From Planctomycetota bacterium (lineage in GTDB: Bacteria > Planctomycetota > Planctomycetia > Pirellulales > Lacipirellulaceae): a DNA stretch of 30,492 nucleotides. Location of the stretch: assembly GCA_039190745.1 (NCBI GenBank), contig JBCCXZ010000051.1:1-30492 (forward strand), written 5' to 3'. The notes beneath the pieces are model-generated. The model worked only from the letters and a program-made list of their open reading frames with translations. It was not told the origin of the DNA and searched no databases. A program made the translations under genes and the position numbers. Shown here one piece after another: positions 1 through 10,701 of this stretch (the first letter of the stretch is position 1; every line of letters begins with the position of its first letter).

Positions 1-1188
<1,188 letters not shown>

Positions 1189-1192
<4 letters not shown>

Positions 1193-2361
1193 GCGAAGGC
1201 CTCCTCGAGGACACCGCCCTCGGCGAACGGTGCGGCAACGCCCATGGCGGCGGCGATCGTGGGCGCGACCTGCACCTGCTCGGCCGCGCGGTCGACGACG
1301 CGGCCGCGGTCGATGCCGGGCCCGACGAAGAGCGCAAACACCTCGCGCGACGAGCGGCTGTTGAAGTGGTGCTGGCACGGCACCGCCGCGAACGGGCTGT
1401 CGTCGCGGCCGCAATCGGGCGCGACGACGATGAGCGTGTTGTTGCGGTAGGCCTCGTCGTTCTCGATGGTCCGGACGACTCGCCGGATGCCGGAGTCCAT
1501 GATCGACAGCGCGCGCGTGTAGTGCGCGAGGTTGCCCCAGTGCACGTAGTCGCAGTCGTTGTAGTTGATCATCATGAGCCGCGGCCGGAGTTCAGCAATC
1601 GCCCGGCACGCCAGCTCGGTAAGCAGCCGGTCGCCGCGGGGGTTCACCAAGCCGCTCTCGCCGTAGTGCTGGCGCCACCGCGACCAGAACTGCTGGATCG
1701 GTTCCGCTTGGTTGCCGGGCGCCTGGCGGTAGTCGAGCGATTCCATCTGCGCCAGTTCGGCGCGCTTCAGCGCGAGGGTGGACTCCGACCAGTCGCCGGC
1801 GTGCTCCGCGATCTGCCGCCGCAACAGGTAGGACTTGAAACGGTAGAGGCTCAGCACGTTCGAGCGGTAGTTCACGCCGAACAGGTGGTGGTTGCTGAAG
1901 GTGTAGAACTCCTCCTGCGTTCGATCCTCGCCGTTGACGATCAGCGTCTGGTGTTCCGGCACCTCGAACGCGCGGCGGAGGTACTCGAACAGCGTCGGGA
2001 CCTTGGCTTCGAACCGCTCGCCCAGGATCTGCTGGTCGACATCCTTGTACCGGTCGTACTTGCCGGTGAGCAGATTGAGCGTGCCCTGGCCGTGGCCGGT
2101 CTCGGCGGCGTCGCCGATGAGCACCTGATTGAAGAGCGTACCTCGGTGGGCGAGCACGTCGCGGACGAAAGGGCTGTAAGTGTCGCCGGGGGCAATCGAC
2201 TCCCGCCGGCGGGCCCCGCCGCCGAAGCGGATGAGGACGACGTTGGGGCCGGCGTATTCGCGGTTGCCGGCCGCCAGGGCCGTAGCCGGCAACGCGGCTC
2301 CGCCGGCGAGAGCAGCGGATGTCTGGAGGAACCGGCGGCGCGCCATGTGTGGAAGCGGCAT
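1189..2361 (-). CDS. Tat-exported divergent alkaline phosphatase/sulfatase-superfamily protein (DUF1501-like)
   Basis: Start reassigned to ATG 2361 (AAGAGG RBS upstream). Twin-arginine signal MARRRFLQ...ALAAG. AlkP-like segments PNVVLIRFGGG, DCDYVHWG, NNTLIVVAPDCGRD, FVGPGI and VAPTIAAAMG. Confidence 0.7.
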
Positions 2362-2488
2362 GCGAGACCTCTTGCGTGGGTGATCAGAAGAGCCCGGAGA
2401 CGACTCCCGTATTGGGGCCCTTCGTCGCGGCGGGCTCAATCTTGGATCAAACCCCGGCAGACCGCATAAGATTCGCGGGATTGTTGGT

Positions 2489-3811
2489 TCAATCCGCAAC
2501 GGCTTGGCCTGCAACAACCTGCGGTAACCGGCTGCGGTCGCTCAGGTCGGCGAGCACGGTGGCCCACTCCTCAACGTCCTCTAAATAATCGACCCGGAAC
2601 CGGTCGCGGACCGTCTTCCGCATCGCCGCCGGGAAGACCCCGGGCCCGAACAACGCGCCGACGATGGCGCCGAGGACCTGAGCGGATGAATCGGTGTCGT
2701 AGCCGAAGTCGAGGATGACGTGCAGTGTGGCCAGCGGTTCGTAGTCGCAAAGCTCCGAGCATGCGAGGACGATCACGAAGATCAGGTGCGACTCCCACCA
2801 GTGCTCCACGCGGCACTCGTCGGCGAAGACGCGGAAGAGCTCTTTCGGCACGCCGGCGGCACGGCGGACCGCTTCCTCGGCGAATTCGATCCACTTCCGA
2901 ACAGGGCGTTTTGTGTAAGGCGAGTCTTCGTAGCGGAAGGGGTCGGTCGCCAGCATCACTTGCTTGAGTTTCTGCCAAGCTTGGCGACGAGAGGCCTGAT
3001 CGCGGTGATCCGCCTCGAGTGTGATCGCTACGGACAGCGCCGCAACGAGCGCGGAGTTGATGTCTTTGGCGTTGCCGTTGTCGAAGAAGCCGAGCTCGAA
3101 GGCGGCGCGGTAGGCCGCTTCGGGTCGACCGGGCAGCGCCCCGGCAAGCGGCAGCAGAGACATCATGCCGCAGCAGGTGCCTGTGCCCGCCCAGATGCGC
3201 TCCGGTGGCAGCGCCAACTCGGGAGAGCGCTCGCCGAGTACCCAGCGTGCGGCAAGCCGAAATTCGGCGTGCCCCACTTGGTTCAGTTCGCGATACGGGG
3301 GGTGCGCCTCGATGCACGGGTGGCTGTCGAAACGCAAGTAGGACTCGGCAAGCGATCGCCGGGTGGCCGGCTGGCCGGAATCGCGTGCTCTGCGGAGGGC
3401 GTCCATCAGCACGATCTTGTGCCGACTGTCGTCTGTGACCGTCCCGGCTGGGGCACAGGCGGCCCACGGCCCGTAAGGGGCTGTGCTTGGGCGGAGCTCC
3501 TCGTACCCGAGCAAGGGGACCGTTTCGGCGAGTTGCTCAATGTGGTTGCGGTTCAGCGATTGCCCGTGCGGCCCGTCGCGAAGTCTTGGCATGTGCCGCG
3601 AAGCTAAGTCATTTTCGTCGAACTCAAGGGGACCGCCAACAGCGTCACCCAAGAGGCTTCCATGAACCAGGCCAAGAAGCTTCGCAAGAGTCAGATCAGT
3701 CGAGGGAGGAGCCGCAACGGCGGGCGTGGCTTCCACTATGGAGAATGAAATCCCGGACACGAGCGATTGCTTGAGGAATCTTCGTCGTGTCTCGCGCTGA
3801 ATCATCGACAT
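2489..3811 (-). CDS. ADP-ribosylglycohydrolase (ARH/DraG) family protein with Tat signal
   Basis: Motifs GSLLGDAVGGPLEF, GTVTDDS and GYDTDSSAQVLGAIVGALFG. N-terminal TRRRFLKQ followed by a hydrophobic stretch and AVA/AAP. Start uncertain (ATG 3811, ATG 3805 or TTG 3856). Confidence 0.85.
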   Translation of the reverse strand: MSMIQRETRRRFLKQSLVSGISFSIVEATPAVAAPPSTDLTLAKLLGLVHGSLLGDAVGGPLEFDENDLASRHMPRLRDGPHGQSLNRNHIEQLAETVPLLGYEELRPSTAPYGPWAACAPAGTVTDDSRHKIVLMDALRRARDSGQPATRRSLAESYLRFDSHPCIEAHPPYRELNQVGHAEFRLAARWVLGERSPELALPPERIWAGTGTCCGMMSLLPLAGALPGRPEAAYRAAFELGFFDNGNAKDINSALVAALSVAITLEADHRDQASRRQAWQKLKQVMLATDPFRYEDSPYTKRPVRKWIEFAEEAVRRAAGVPKELFRVFADECRVEHWWESHLIFVIVLACSELCDYEPLATLHVILDFGYDTDSSAQVLGAIVGALFGPGVFPAAMRKTVRDRFRVDYLEDVEEWATVLADLSDRSRLPQVVAGQAVAD

Positions 3812-4658
3812 CGGCGAGGCATCCAGTGGGTCCGAAGGTCCTATTTGATTCTCCAAGACCTAACAAGTCCTAAGCAGCGTTCTAGCGGGTTCGGCTCTGT
3901 GGGTCTCCAGCGCGCCGCAGGATTACGAGTGGTGCGGCTTTCCCCCTACAGAATCGGAGCTCACCCGCAGCCTGGGCAGGTTTGTTTTATCGAGTGAGCG
4001 CAGATTTGCTTCGATGTTGCGCATTATGGAGAGGTCTTGGGGCAATTCGGTTGACACGTCGGGGCCGATGAGGAGTATGGGGCAAGGGTGGCGTAACGAA
4101 CAACTAGGCGGGTTATGCCTCTACATCTCATCCAATGGATCTGCAGAACGCTATTGCGTGCCTGCGTACTGCTGCCACGGCGGCCGGTCAAATTCCCCTC
4201 GTGGGCTTGGGTTTGGTTGTCTGTCAAGCATGCCGCGTCATGCTTGAGCTTCGGGCAACGTATTGCCTCTAAAGTAGTTCGGTTTCTTGGGCTAACAGGT
4301 AAAGCCGCTCGCTGCAATTCGGCTGCTGCACGCGGGCTAAAGGGGGTTGGGATCCAAGCGCGAAGCTTCTGGCAGCTTGCGCGGAGCATGTCTAATCGGC
4401 TATCGCGATGCCTGGGTGCGTTGTTGACCTCAGATTGGCTTGGATCGAACTCGCTATTTGATCGCGTCGTAATTGGCCCCTTGCACGCTGTGCCCCAGCA
4501 GAGCGGCGTGCAATCAGTTAAAGTATCTGCCCAATGGTTAGTTGCGGGTTACCGGCCCGGTTTGGTTTGCGGCAAGTCGATTCGGGACAATCTTGAACCG
4601 AGCACGCGTTGGTAAAGGGATTGTTGCCCTTCCATGGGCCCAACGGGAACATTAAACG

Positions 4659-5774
4659 ATGCCTCATTCATTTCAGCATGCCTCAGCGAGACGCGCGTTC
4701 ACCCTGGTTGAGCTGCTAGTCGTGATAGCGATTATCGGGATTCTGGTCGCACTCTTGCTGCCAGCGATTCAATCCGCACGCGAAGCCGCCCGGAGGACCG
4801 AGTGCAAGAACAAGTTGAAGCAAATCGGCGTTGCTATTCAGAACTTTGCCGATAGTAGAGGCGTGTTCCCGACCGGCGGAGACGCGATCAATCCCCGTAT
4901 TGAGGACTTCACAGAGAACGGCGTTCCCAATGGGCCTGATAAGCAGGGCCTGGGCTGGGGGTATCAGATTCTGCCGTTCATGGAGCAGCAAAACGTCTAC
5001 AACCTGACTGAGGACCACGACATCCTCAACCGATCGGTGATCCCGGGGTACATCTGCCCGTCCAGGCGTACGCCCGAGCCGATTGACGACATTACGAATA
5101 GCGCAGACGTGGTTACGGTCTCCGACTACGTGGGTGCCCATCCCTGCGGTTTTGAGACTTCGGACGAGTTGAACCCTTTCCTTCCAGACGATTCGCTGGG
5201 TGCGAACGATAGAACATTGCGTTTTTTCGGCGGCACGGGCTCCACGGCAATCCTCAGGCCGTCCGGAGGGGACGCACCGCCGGACCTCAAGACGTACCTA
5301 GGCGTCATCGTCCGTATGCCTTTTCGCCGGAGGGTTTTGGGCGGGCGCGCCGGTTCCGGAGTTGAGTATGTCCGCGTCAATGGAGCACCCCCCGCGACCG
5401 AATTTCAGGTCATTACTGACGGGACAAGCAATACGATGATGGTTGGAGAGAAGTTCTTGCGGCCCGATCTAATTGGCACGCCTAGCGATTCGGACGATCG
5501 CGGCTGGTCTGACGGCTGGGACCCCGACACGATGCGGTCTACGTGCTTCCGCCCGCTCCAAGACACACTCACCGGCACGATAGGCGGGACTCTCGACGAT
5601 CTCTACGGACCATCGACGGACGTCGTGAACTTTGGCTCGTCTCACCCGGGCGGTTTTAACGCCGTATTCGCAGATGGGTCGGTGCACTCAATCCAGTACG
5701 ATATAGATCTCCTCGTATTCGACGTGCTCGGAAACCGCGCGGATGGTCAGGTTCTTGACTTGGAGGACCTCTGA
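4659..5774 (+). CDS. DUF1559 family prepilin-type N-terminal cleavage/methylation domain protein
   Basis: AFTLVELLVVIAIIGILVALLLPAIQSAREAARRTECKNKLKQIG, YICPS, ITDGTSNTMMVGE and the C-terminal H-X9-DG motif (SHPGGFNAVFADGSV). Confidence 0.95.
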   Translation: MPHSFQHASARRAFTLVELLVVIAIIGILVALLLPAIQSAREAARRTECKNKLKQIGVAIQNFADSRGVFPTGGDAINPRIEDFTENGVPNGPDKQGLGWGYQILPFMEQQNVYNLTEDHDILNRSVIPGYICPSRRTPEPIDDITNSADVVTVSDYVGAHPCGFETSDELNPFLPDDSLGANDRTLRFFGGTGSTAILRPSGGDAPPDLKTYLGVIVRMPFRRRVLGGRAGSGVEYVRVNGAPPATEFQVITDGTSNTMMVGEKFLRPDLIGTPSDSDDRGWSDGWDPDTMRSTCFRPLQDTLTGTIGGTLDDLYGPSTDVVNFGSSHPGGFNAVFADGSVHSIQYDIDLLVFDVLGNRADGQVLDLEDL

Positions 5775-6116
5775 TTTTATCTCAGCAGGTACGCAGCCTC
5801 GTGGTGCGGCGTCCCGCACGCATTTTTCCTTGAGTTTTCGTTGGTTTGATGTTAACTGGTACGGCAGAGAAGAGCGCGTTGTAGGTGGCAGAAAGCGTTT
5901 TGGAAGCGAGGAACGGATAGCCGGAAACTGACCTGAGTGATGCTCGTCTGATCCCTCTCACGCGAGTGCAACAGGACCCAGCCACGGCGACCCGACGACG
6001 GCGGACTCGGCGACCCTCACCTATACCCGGAGCAAAACGGGCGTGTGGGACGTCGGGCAGGCGTCTGCCTGGCATTTAGGTTTGTCGATTTAAACACCTT
6101 TGATTTGGAGACAATT

Positions 6117-7658
6117 ATGCTGGTCCACAAGCAGCTCCGCTCTCTTGCGGCACTGACAGTGCTCGCGGCGGCGCCGGGGATCGCGTTCGGTCAAATCCTG
6201 ACCGACAGCGACTTCTTGGCATCCGACTACACGTCGAGTACGGCGAACCTCGCGCAGATCGAGTTCAACGTCGACTACAGCAGCTACGACATCTTTAACG
6301 ACGGATTTATCGTCACCAACCTGCCGGAAGCCCCCAACTCCGACCCCGGCGACACCGCCACCACCGGCGTGTTCTTGAGCGTCAACAACGACACTCTCAA
6401 TCCCGCTTCGGGCGCCGGCGCCCTGGCCGCTATTGTCCGCAATGGACTGAGCGTGGGTAACGGCACGGCCAACGAAGACTACAAGGTCACGATCGACGTC
6501 TTCAACAGCTCCGCGACCGGTATCGCGGGCACGCAGATCGGCACAACCAACTACGGCTATGTTGGCATCAACCAGACCAACACTACCGTACAGGTTGCGG
6601 GCTTCAATGCACCAGGCTCCGGCAATCTCTCCGGCCAAGGCCTCGGGCTCAGCGTCACCGGAGATTCTGGGGCAGCGGAAGACTACGCGCCCATCTACGG
6701 CGGGGCCTTCTACCAGTCGCGTCCGGGTGTGACCACCGCCAGCCAAATCTACGATGGCGACTTCAACAACGGCGGCGTGCAGAACAACATCGGCCTGGTT
6801 ACGGACCAGATTGGCGACTTCTGGGCCGCCAACGGTTTCGAGTACGTAGACTCCGACTCCAACCCCAACAACGACCTGAACATCTTCTCGGGCGACTCGT
6901 TGTACTTTGCTCCGGACCCCAACAACCCCGCCGCGTACGTTTCGGACGGCTCGGGTCAGGACCGGAGCTACTACGCGGACTTCTCCCCCGCGGAAACCGG
7001 CGTGCCGACGCATTACGGCGGTGATTTTGAAACCGACCCCGGTTTTGGCCCCCCGGACGCCGCCGGCTTCCAGGACGGCATCCAGGGCAACCGCTGGGCG
7101 ACCCACGAGATCTACTGGGTGGACGGCGAGATGACGTACGTGATTGACGGAACCCCTGTTCAGCAGATCACGCCCGTCCACGACCCCGTCGGCACCAACG
7201 AGAACATTTTCGACCCGTTCAGTGAGAGCGGCTCGGTCGTCTTGGGTTTCTGGGACCGGTTCTCGTCGATTTCTTTGAACCCTGAAGGCGCTAACTTCAT
7301 CGTCTACGACAACCTCGTGGTCGAGACGGCAACTCCGGCTGACGTGCCCGATGTGGATGCGTTCATCGCAGTCTACACCACTGACGCCAGTGACCCGATC
7401 GATACGGACTTCGATGACGATGGTGACACCGATATCAGCGACCTGCTTATCCAGCAGCGTGGCTTCGGTATCGGCACAACCAATGCCGAAGGCGACACGG
7501 ACGCTGATGGCGACGTAGATGCCGATGACCAGGCAGATGCCTTGGGCGCCTTTGGCGCCGGCTCTCTGGCCTCCTCGGCGACCGCGACTGTCCCCGAGCC
7601 GACCTCGGCCCTCTTGGCCCTGTTCGCTTTGGCCGGTCTTGGCGTGCGTCGTCGCTAG
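6117..7658 (+). CDS. PEP-CTERM sorting-domain surface protein with dockerin/EF-hand-like repeats
   Basis: Start ATG 6117 after GGAG. Signal peptide ends AFG-Q. DFDDDGDTDISD and GDTDADGDVDADD repeats. C-terminal VPEPTSALLALFALAGLGVRRR. Confidence 0.9.
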   Translation: MLVHKQLRSLAALTVLAAAPGIAFGQILTDSDFLASDYTSSTANLAQIEFNVDYSSYDIFNDGFIVTNLPEAPNSDPGDTATTGVFLSVNNDTLNPASGAGALAAIVRNGLSVGNGTANEDYKVTIDVFNSSATGIAGTQIGTTNYGYVGINQTNTTVQVAGFNAPGSGNLSGQGLGLSVTGDSGAAEDYAPIYGGAFYQSRPGVTTASQIYDGDFNNGGVQNNIGLVTDQIGDFWAANGFEYVDSDSNPNNDLNIFSGDSLYFAPDPNNPAAYVSDGSGQDRSYYADFSPAETGVPTHYGGDFETDPGFGPPDAAGFQDGIQGNRWATHEIYWVDGEMTYVIDGTPVQQITPVHDPVGTNENIFDPFSESGSVVLGFWDRFSSISLNPEGANFIVYDNLVVETATPADVPDVDAFIAVYTTDASDPIDTDFDDDGDTDISDLLIQQRGFGIGTTNAEGDTDADGDVDADDQADALGAFGAGSLASSATATVPEPTSALLALFALAGLGVRRR

Positions 7659-7751
7659 TCCCGCTTAGCTTGCCGCTCGCAACGTTGGTTCTCGCCGCAC
7701 TGGGGCAGGGCGGCGAGGCCAGCGTGGCGGGCTGCAAGAGAGAACGTCTTG

Positions 7752-7786
7752 AAAGCCCCGGGGGGATCGCCTCCCGGGGCTTTTTT
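7752..7786 (+). terminator. Intrinsic terminator after the DUF1559/PEP-CTERM pair
   Basis: Hairpin AAAGCCCCGGG..CCCGGGGCTTT followed by a T run. Confidence 0.85.
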
Positions 7787-7844
7787 CGTGCCCGCGCCCA
7801 GCCTCGCTGTAACTGCCGCCCTGTAGCTGACGCGGGCCCCGGGT

Positions 7845-8681
7845 ATGATCGGTCCGTGGGCGGGCAGCCCACCGCTAGAGGCCACAAAACCTACGGAAAC
7901 CGAGGCAAGCGTCTTGTTGGGGGTACCACTGGAGCTCGAAAGCGTCGGGAAGACCTTTGCCAACGGCAAGGTCGCAGTCCAGCGGCTCGACCTCACGGTT
8001 GCGGCCGGCGGCTTCTGTTCCATCTTGGGGCGTTCCGGTTGCGGCAAGAGCACGGCGCTGCGGATCGTCGCGGGGCTGGTCGAGGCCTCCGAGGGAAGGG
8101 TTTCATTCGGCGAAATCGGCTCGGACACGAGGCCCCGTGTGGGGATGGTGTTCCAAGAATCGGCGCTCATGCCGTGGCGCCGCGTCTGGGGCAATGTCTA
8201 TCTCCCCCTGCAAGTCCGCGGCGTTTCAAAGAAGGAAGCACGAGAGCAGGTCGACAATGCGCTCGCGCTGGTCGGTCTGCAGGACGAATCTGAGCGGTAT
8301 CCCCGGCAGCTTTCTGGCGGCATGAAGATGCGCGTCTCGATCGCCCGAGCGATCGTTCAGAACCCGTCGGTACTGCTGATGGACGAACCCTTCGGGGCGT
8401 TGGATGAAATCACGCGCTGGAGGCTCAACGACGAGCTGCTGAAGCTGTGGAGCCTCAAGGGCTGGACCGTGTTGTTTGTCACCCACAGCGTCTTCGAGTC
8501 GGTCTACTTATCTCAGAAAGTCGCCGTCATGTCCGATGCGCCCGGCTGCGTCTCGGGCTCGGTCGACGTTGGCGCTGCTTACCCTCGGGGCGATGCTTTC
8601 CGGGTCTCGTCAGAGTACCAGTCTCTGTGCTCTCGCGTGTCGGGCCTGCTTCGGCCCGCGGAGGCGGTCAGTTATCCATGA
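7845..8681 (+). CDS. ABC transporter ATP-binding protein, NitT/TauT family
   Basis: Walker A GRSGCGKS, MVFQE, signature LSGGMKMR, Walker B LLMDEPFGALD and VTH. Exact start uncertain. Confidence 0.93.
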   Translation: MIGPWAGSPPLEATKPTETEASVLLGVPLELESVGKTFANGKVAVQRLDLTVAAGGFCSILGRSGCGKSTALRIVAGLVEASEGRVSFGEIGSDTRPRVGMVFQESALMPWRRVWGNVYLPLQVRGVSKKEAREQVDNALALVGLQDESERYPRQLSGGMKMRVSIARAIVQNPSVLLMDEPFGALDEITRWRLNDELLKLWSLKGWTVLFVTHSVFESVYLSQKVAVMSDAPGCVSGSVDVGAAYPRGDAFRVSSEYQSLCSRVSGLLRPAEAVSYP

Positions 8682-9490
8682 GCCGAGACGCCGCTAGTTG
8701 GACGCAGAAGCGGTGGGCACAGACGGTCGCCCCGGTGCTGATGCTCGGCCTGTTCCTGGCTGGCTGGGAACTCCTCGTGAAGGCCCGAGAGGTTCCCCCC
8801 TACCTGCTGCCGCCGCCAAGCTTGATCGCCGAATCGCTCACCGAGCACCGGCAGCAACTCGCAGCCGCTTGGTTGGTGACGGCCAAAACCATGGCCTACG
8901 CGTTGGCCGCGGCGGTGCTCAGCGGAGGTTTGGCCGCGGTGTTGTTCTCGGTGTCCCGGGTGCTCGAGATCAGCTTGTTCCCCGCAGCGGTTATTCTGCA
9001 GGTGACGCCGCTGGTCGCGATTGCACCGCTGATCAACATCTGGCTCGGGGACCGTGTGCAGACAGTGTTGGTTGTGTGCGCGACGATTGTGGCGTTCTTC
9101 CCGATACTCTCAGGAACGGTCGTCGGCTTGCGCAGCTCCGACCGTACTCTCGACGAGTTGATGACGGTGTGCGGGGCGAGCCGCAAGCAAAGGCTGCGAT
9201 ACTTGCTCGTGCCTTCCGCCCTGCCTTACTTTCTGGCAGGCCTGAAGACCGCCGCGAACCTCAGCCTGGTCGGAGCGGTGGTGGCCGAGTTTGTGGTGGG
9301 CGCATCGGTCGATCGGTCGGGGCTCGCTTCGATCATCCTTGAAAGCGGCTTCCGCCTGGAAACCCCGAAGCTCTTCGCCGCCCTAGCACTCGTCTCGTTG
9401 ACCGGCATACTGGTTTACTTCGCGGTGCACTTGCTATCGGTCCTGCTGCTGGGCGGCTGGCACGAGAGCGCTGGCCCGCGCCGCGATTGA
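8678..9490 (+). CDS. ABC transporter permease, NitT/TauT family
   Basis: Start ATG 8678 overlaps the ATPase stop (ATGA). YLLPPPS, QVTPLVAIAPL, FFPI and GAVVAEF; several TM helices. Confidence 0.92.
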   Translation: MSRDAASWTQKRWAQTVAPVLMLGLFLAGWELLVKAREVPPYLLPPPSLIAESLTEHRQQLAAAWLVTAKTMAYALAAAVLSGGLAAVLFSVSRVLEISLFPAAVILQVTPLVAIAPLINIWLGDRVQTVLVVCATIVAFFPILSGTVVGLRSSDRTLDELMTVCGASRKQRLRYLLVPSALPYFLAGLKTAANLSLVGAVVAEFVVGASVDRSGLASIILESGFRLETPKLFAALALVSLTGILVYFAVHLLSVLLLGGWHESAGPRRD

Positions 9491-9524
9491 AAGCCTTTGG
9501 CCGAATGTATTGGAGCGCCGAGTC

Positions 9525-10565
9525 ATGCCGAGCGGGTTCACGCGAGCAGTGTTTCTTGTCCTGGCCGCTGCGGGCTCCTTGTCGTCGCTTTGGACTCCGC
9601 GTCTGACCCAGGGCGGCGAGCCAATTGTGCTCGCCACGCACTGGACGGCCGAAGCAGAGCACGGCGGCTTCTACCAGGCGCTCGCCGACGGCCTATACGA
9701 GGAGCGGGGCCTCAATGTCACGATCCTGCCAGGCGGGCCGATGGTCAACCACCGCATGAAGCTTGCGGTCGGGAGTGTCGATTTCCTGATCGGCAGCAAC
9801 TTGATCCAGGCCTTCGATGCGTTGAAGGCGGGTGTGCCGTCGGTCGTGGTGGCCGCTTTCTTTCAGAAAGACGTGCACTGCCTCATCTCGCACCCCGGCC
9901 AAGGGAATGATTCGTGGGAAGACCTGAAATCTGCGAAGCTGCTCATCGGCAACGCGGGGCGCCAGACATACTTCCGCTGGTTGAAGGCGGTGCACGGCTT
10001 CTCCGAAGAGAGAGTCCGGCCGTACACTTACACGCTCGCCCCCTTCCTGATCGACAAACGCTGTGTGCAGCAGGGCTACCTAACCGCAGAGCCCTGGGCG
10101 ATCGCGCAGGCCATCGGCGGGCCGCCGAACGTGTTCGCACTGTCCGACCACGGCTGGAGCACCTACTCCACGCTGCTGGAAACCCGTCAGGAACTCGTCA
10201 GCCGCCGCCCCGAGGTGGTGCAGAAGTTTGTCGAAGCGTCCGTCCTGGGCTGGGTCCGCTACCTCTACGGTGACCCCAGCGGGGCTCACCGGCTGATCCA
10301 GCGCGACAACCCAGAAATGGAGGACGCACTGCTGAACTTCTCGCGCGGCGAGCTCATCCGCCGGGGGGTCGTCGACTCGGGCGACGCGCTCACCGACGGG
10401 ATAGGGGCTCTCCGATCCGAGCGGGTCGTCGGGTTCTACGCCGATATGGTCCAGTGCGGGCTCTATAAACAGGGGCAGATCGAGCCTGAGGCCGCCTTCA
10501 CGGCACGATTTGTGAACCGTGGTATCGGGCTGGATGAGAAAAGACGGCTGAGCACGCCCAAGTAG
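9525..10565 (+). CDS. ABC transporter substrate-binding protein, NMT1/THI5-SsuA-like
   Basis: Start ATG 9525 after GGAG. N-terminal hydrophobic segment. HWTAEAEHGGFYQALADGLYEERGLNVTILPGGP, QQGYLTAEP and FVEASVLGW. Confidence 0.88.
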   Translation: MPSGFTRAVFLVLAAAGSLSSLWTPRLTQGGEPIVLATHWTAEAEHGGFYQALADGLYEERGLNVTILPGGPMVNHRMKLAVGSVDFLIGSNLIQAFDALKAGVPSVVVAAFFQKDVHCLISHPGQGNDSWEDLKSAKLLIGNAGRQTYFRWLKAVHGFSEERVRPYTYTLAPFLIDKRCVQQGYLTAEPWAIAQAIGGPPNVFALSDHGWSTYSTLLETRQELVSRRPEVVQKFVEASVLGWVRYLYGDPSGAHRLIQRDNPEMEDALLNFSRGELIRRGVVDSGDALTDGIGALRSERVVGFYADMVQCGLYKQGQIEPEAAFTARFVNRGIGLDEKRRLSTPK

Positions 10566-10628
10566 CTGAAATGGCTCTCTGCCGGCATTCTGCTTGACAT
10601 TCTGGGACGAATGCAGCAGGCTAGGATA

Positions 10629-10651
10629 TGTAACAGTTTCGCACTGTTACA
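10629..10651. promoter_or_regulatory. Inverted repeat, candidate LacI autoregulatory operator
   Basis: TGTAACAGT-N5-ACTGTTACA with perfect 9-bp arms, 50 bp upstream of the LacI start. Confidence 0.6.
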
Positions 10652-10701
10652 CCGATCTCGGTCCTCCTTTTCGCAAAACTCATCTCGTTGATAATCAGCC
10701 A

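Noticed and set aside
4014..4615. Short ORFs in the ARH-DUF1559 intergenic region
   Set aside because: No motifs, atypical composition and mutually overlapping; treated as non-coding regulatory DNA.
7660..7845. TPP riboswitch ahead of the THI5-like ABC transporter
   Set aside because: I could not find the conserved TPP elements (GCTGAGA ... CCTGA ... AGCGTAGGGA). An Rfam scan would settle it.
10594..10627. TTGACA ... TAGGAT as the lacI promoter
   Set aside because: The spacer is 22 bp, too long for a canonical sigma70 promoter.
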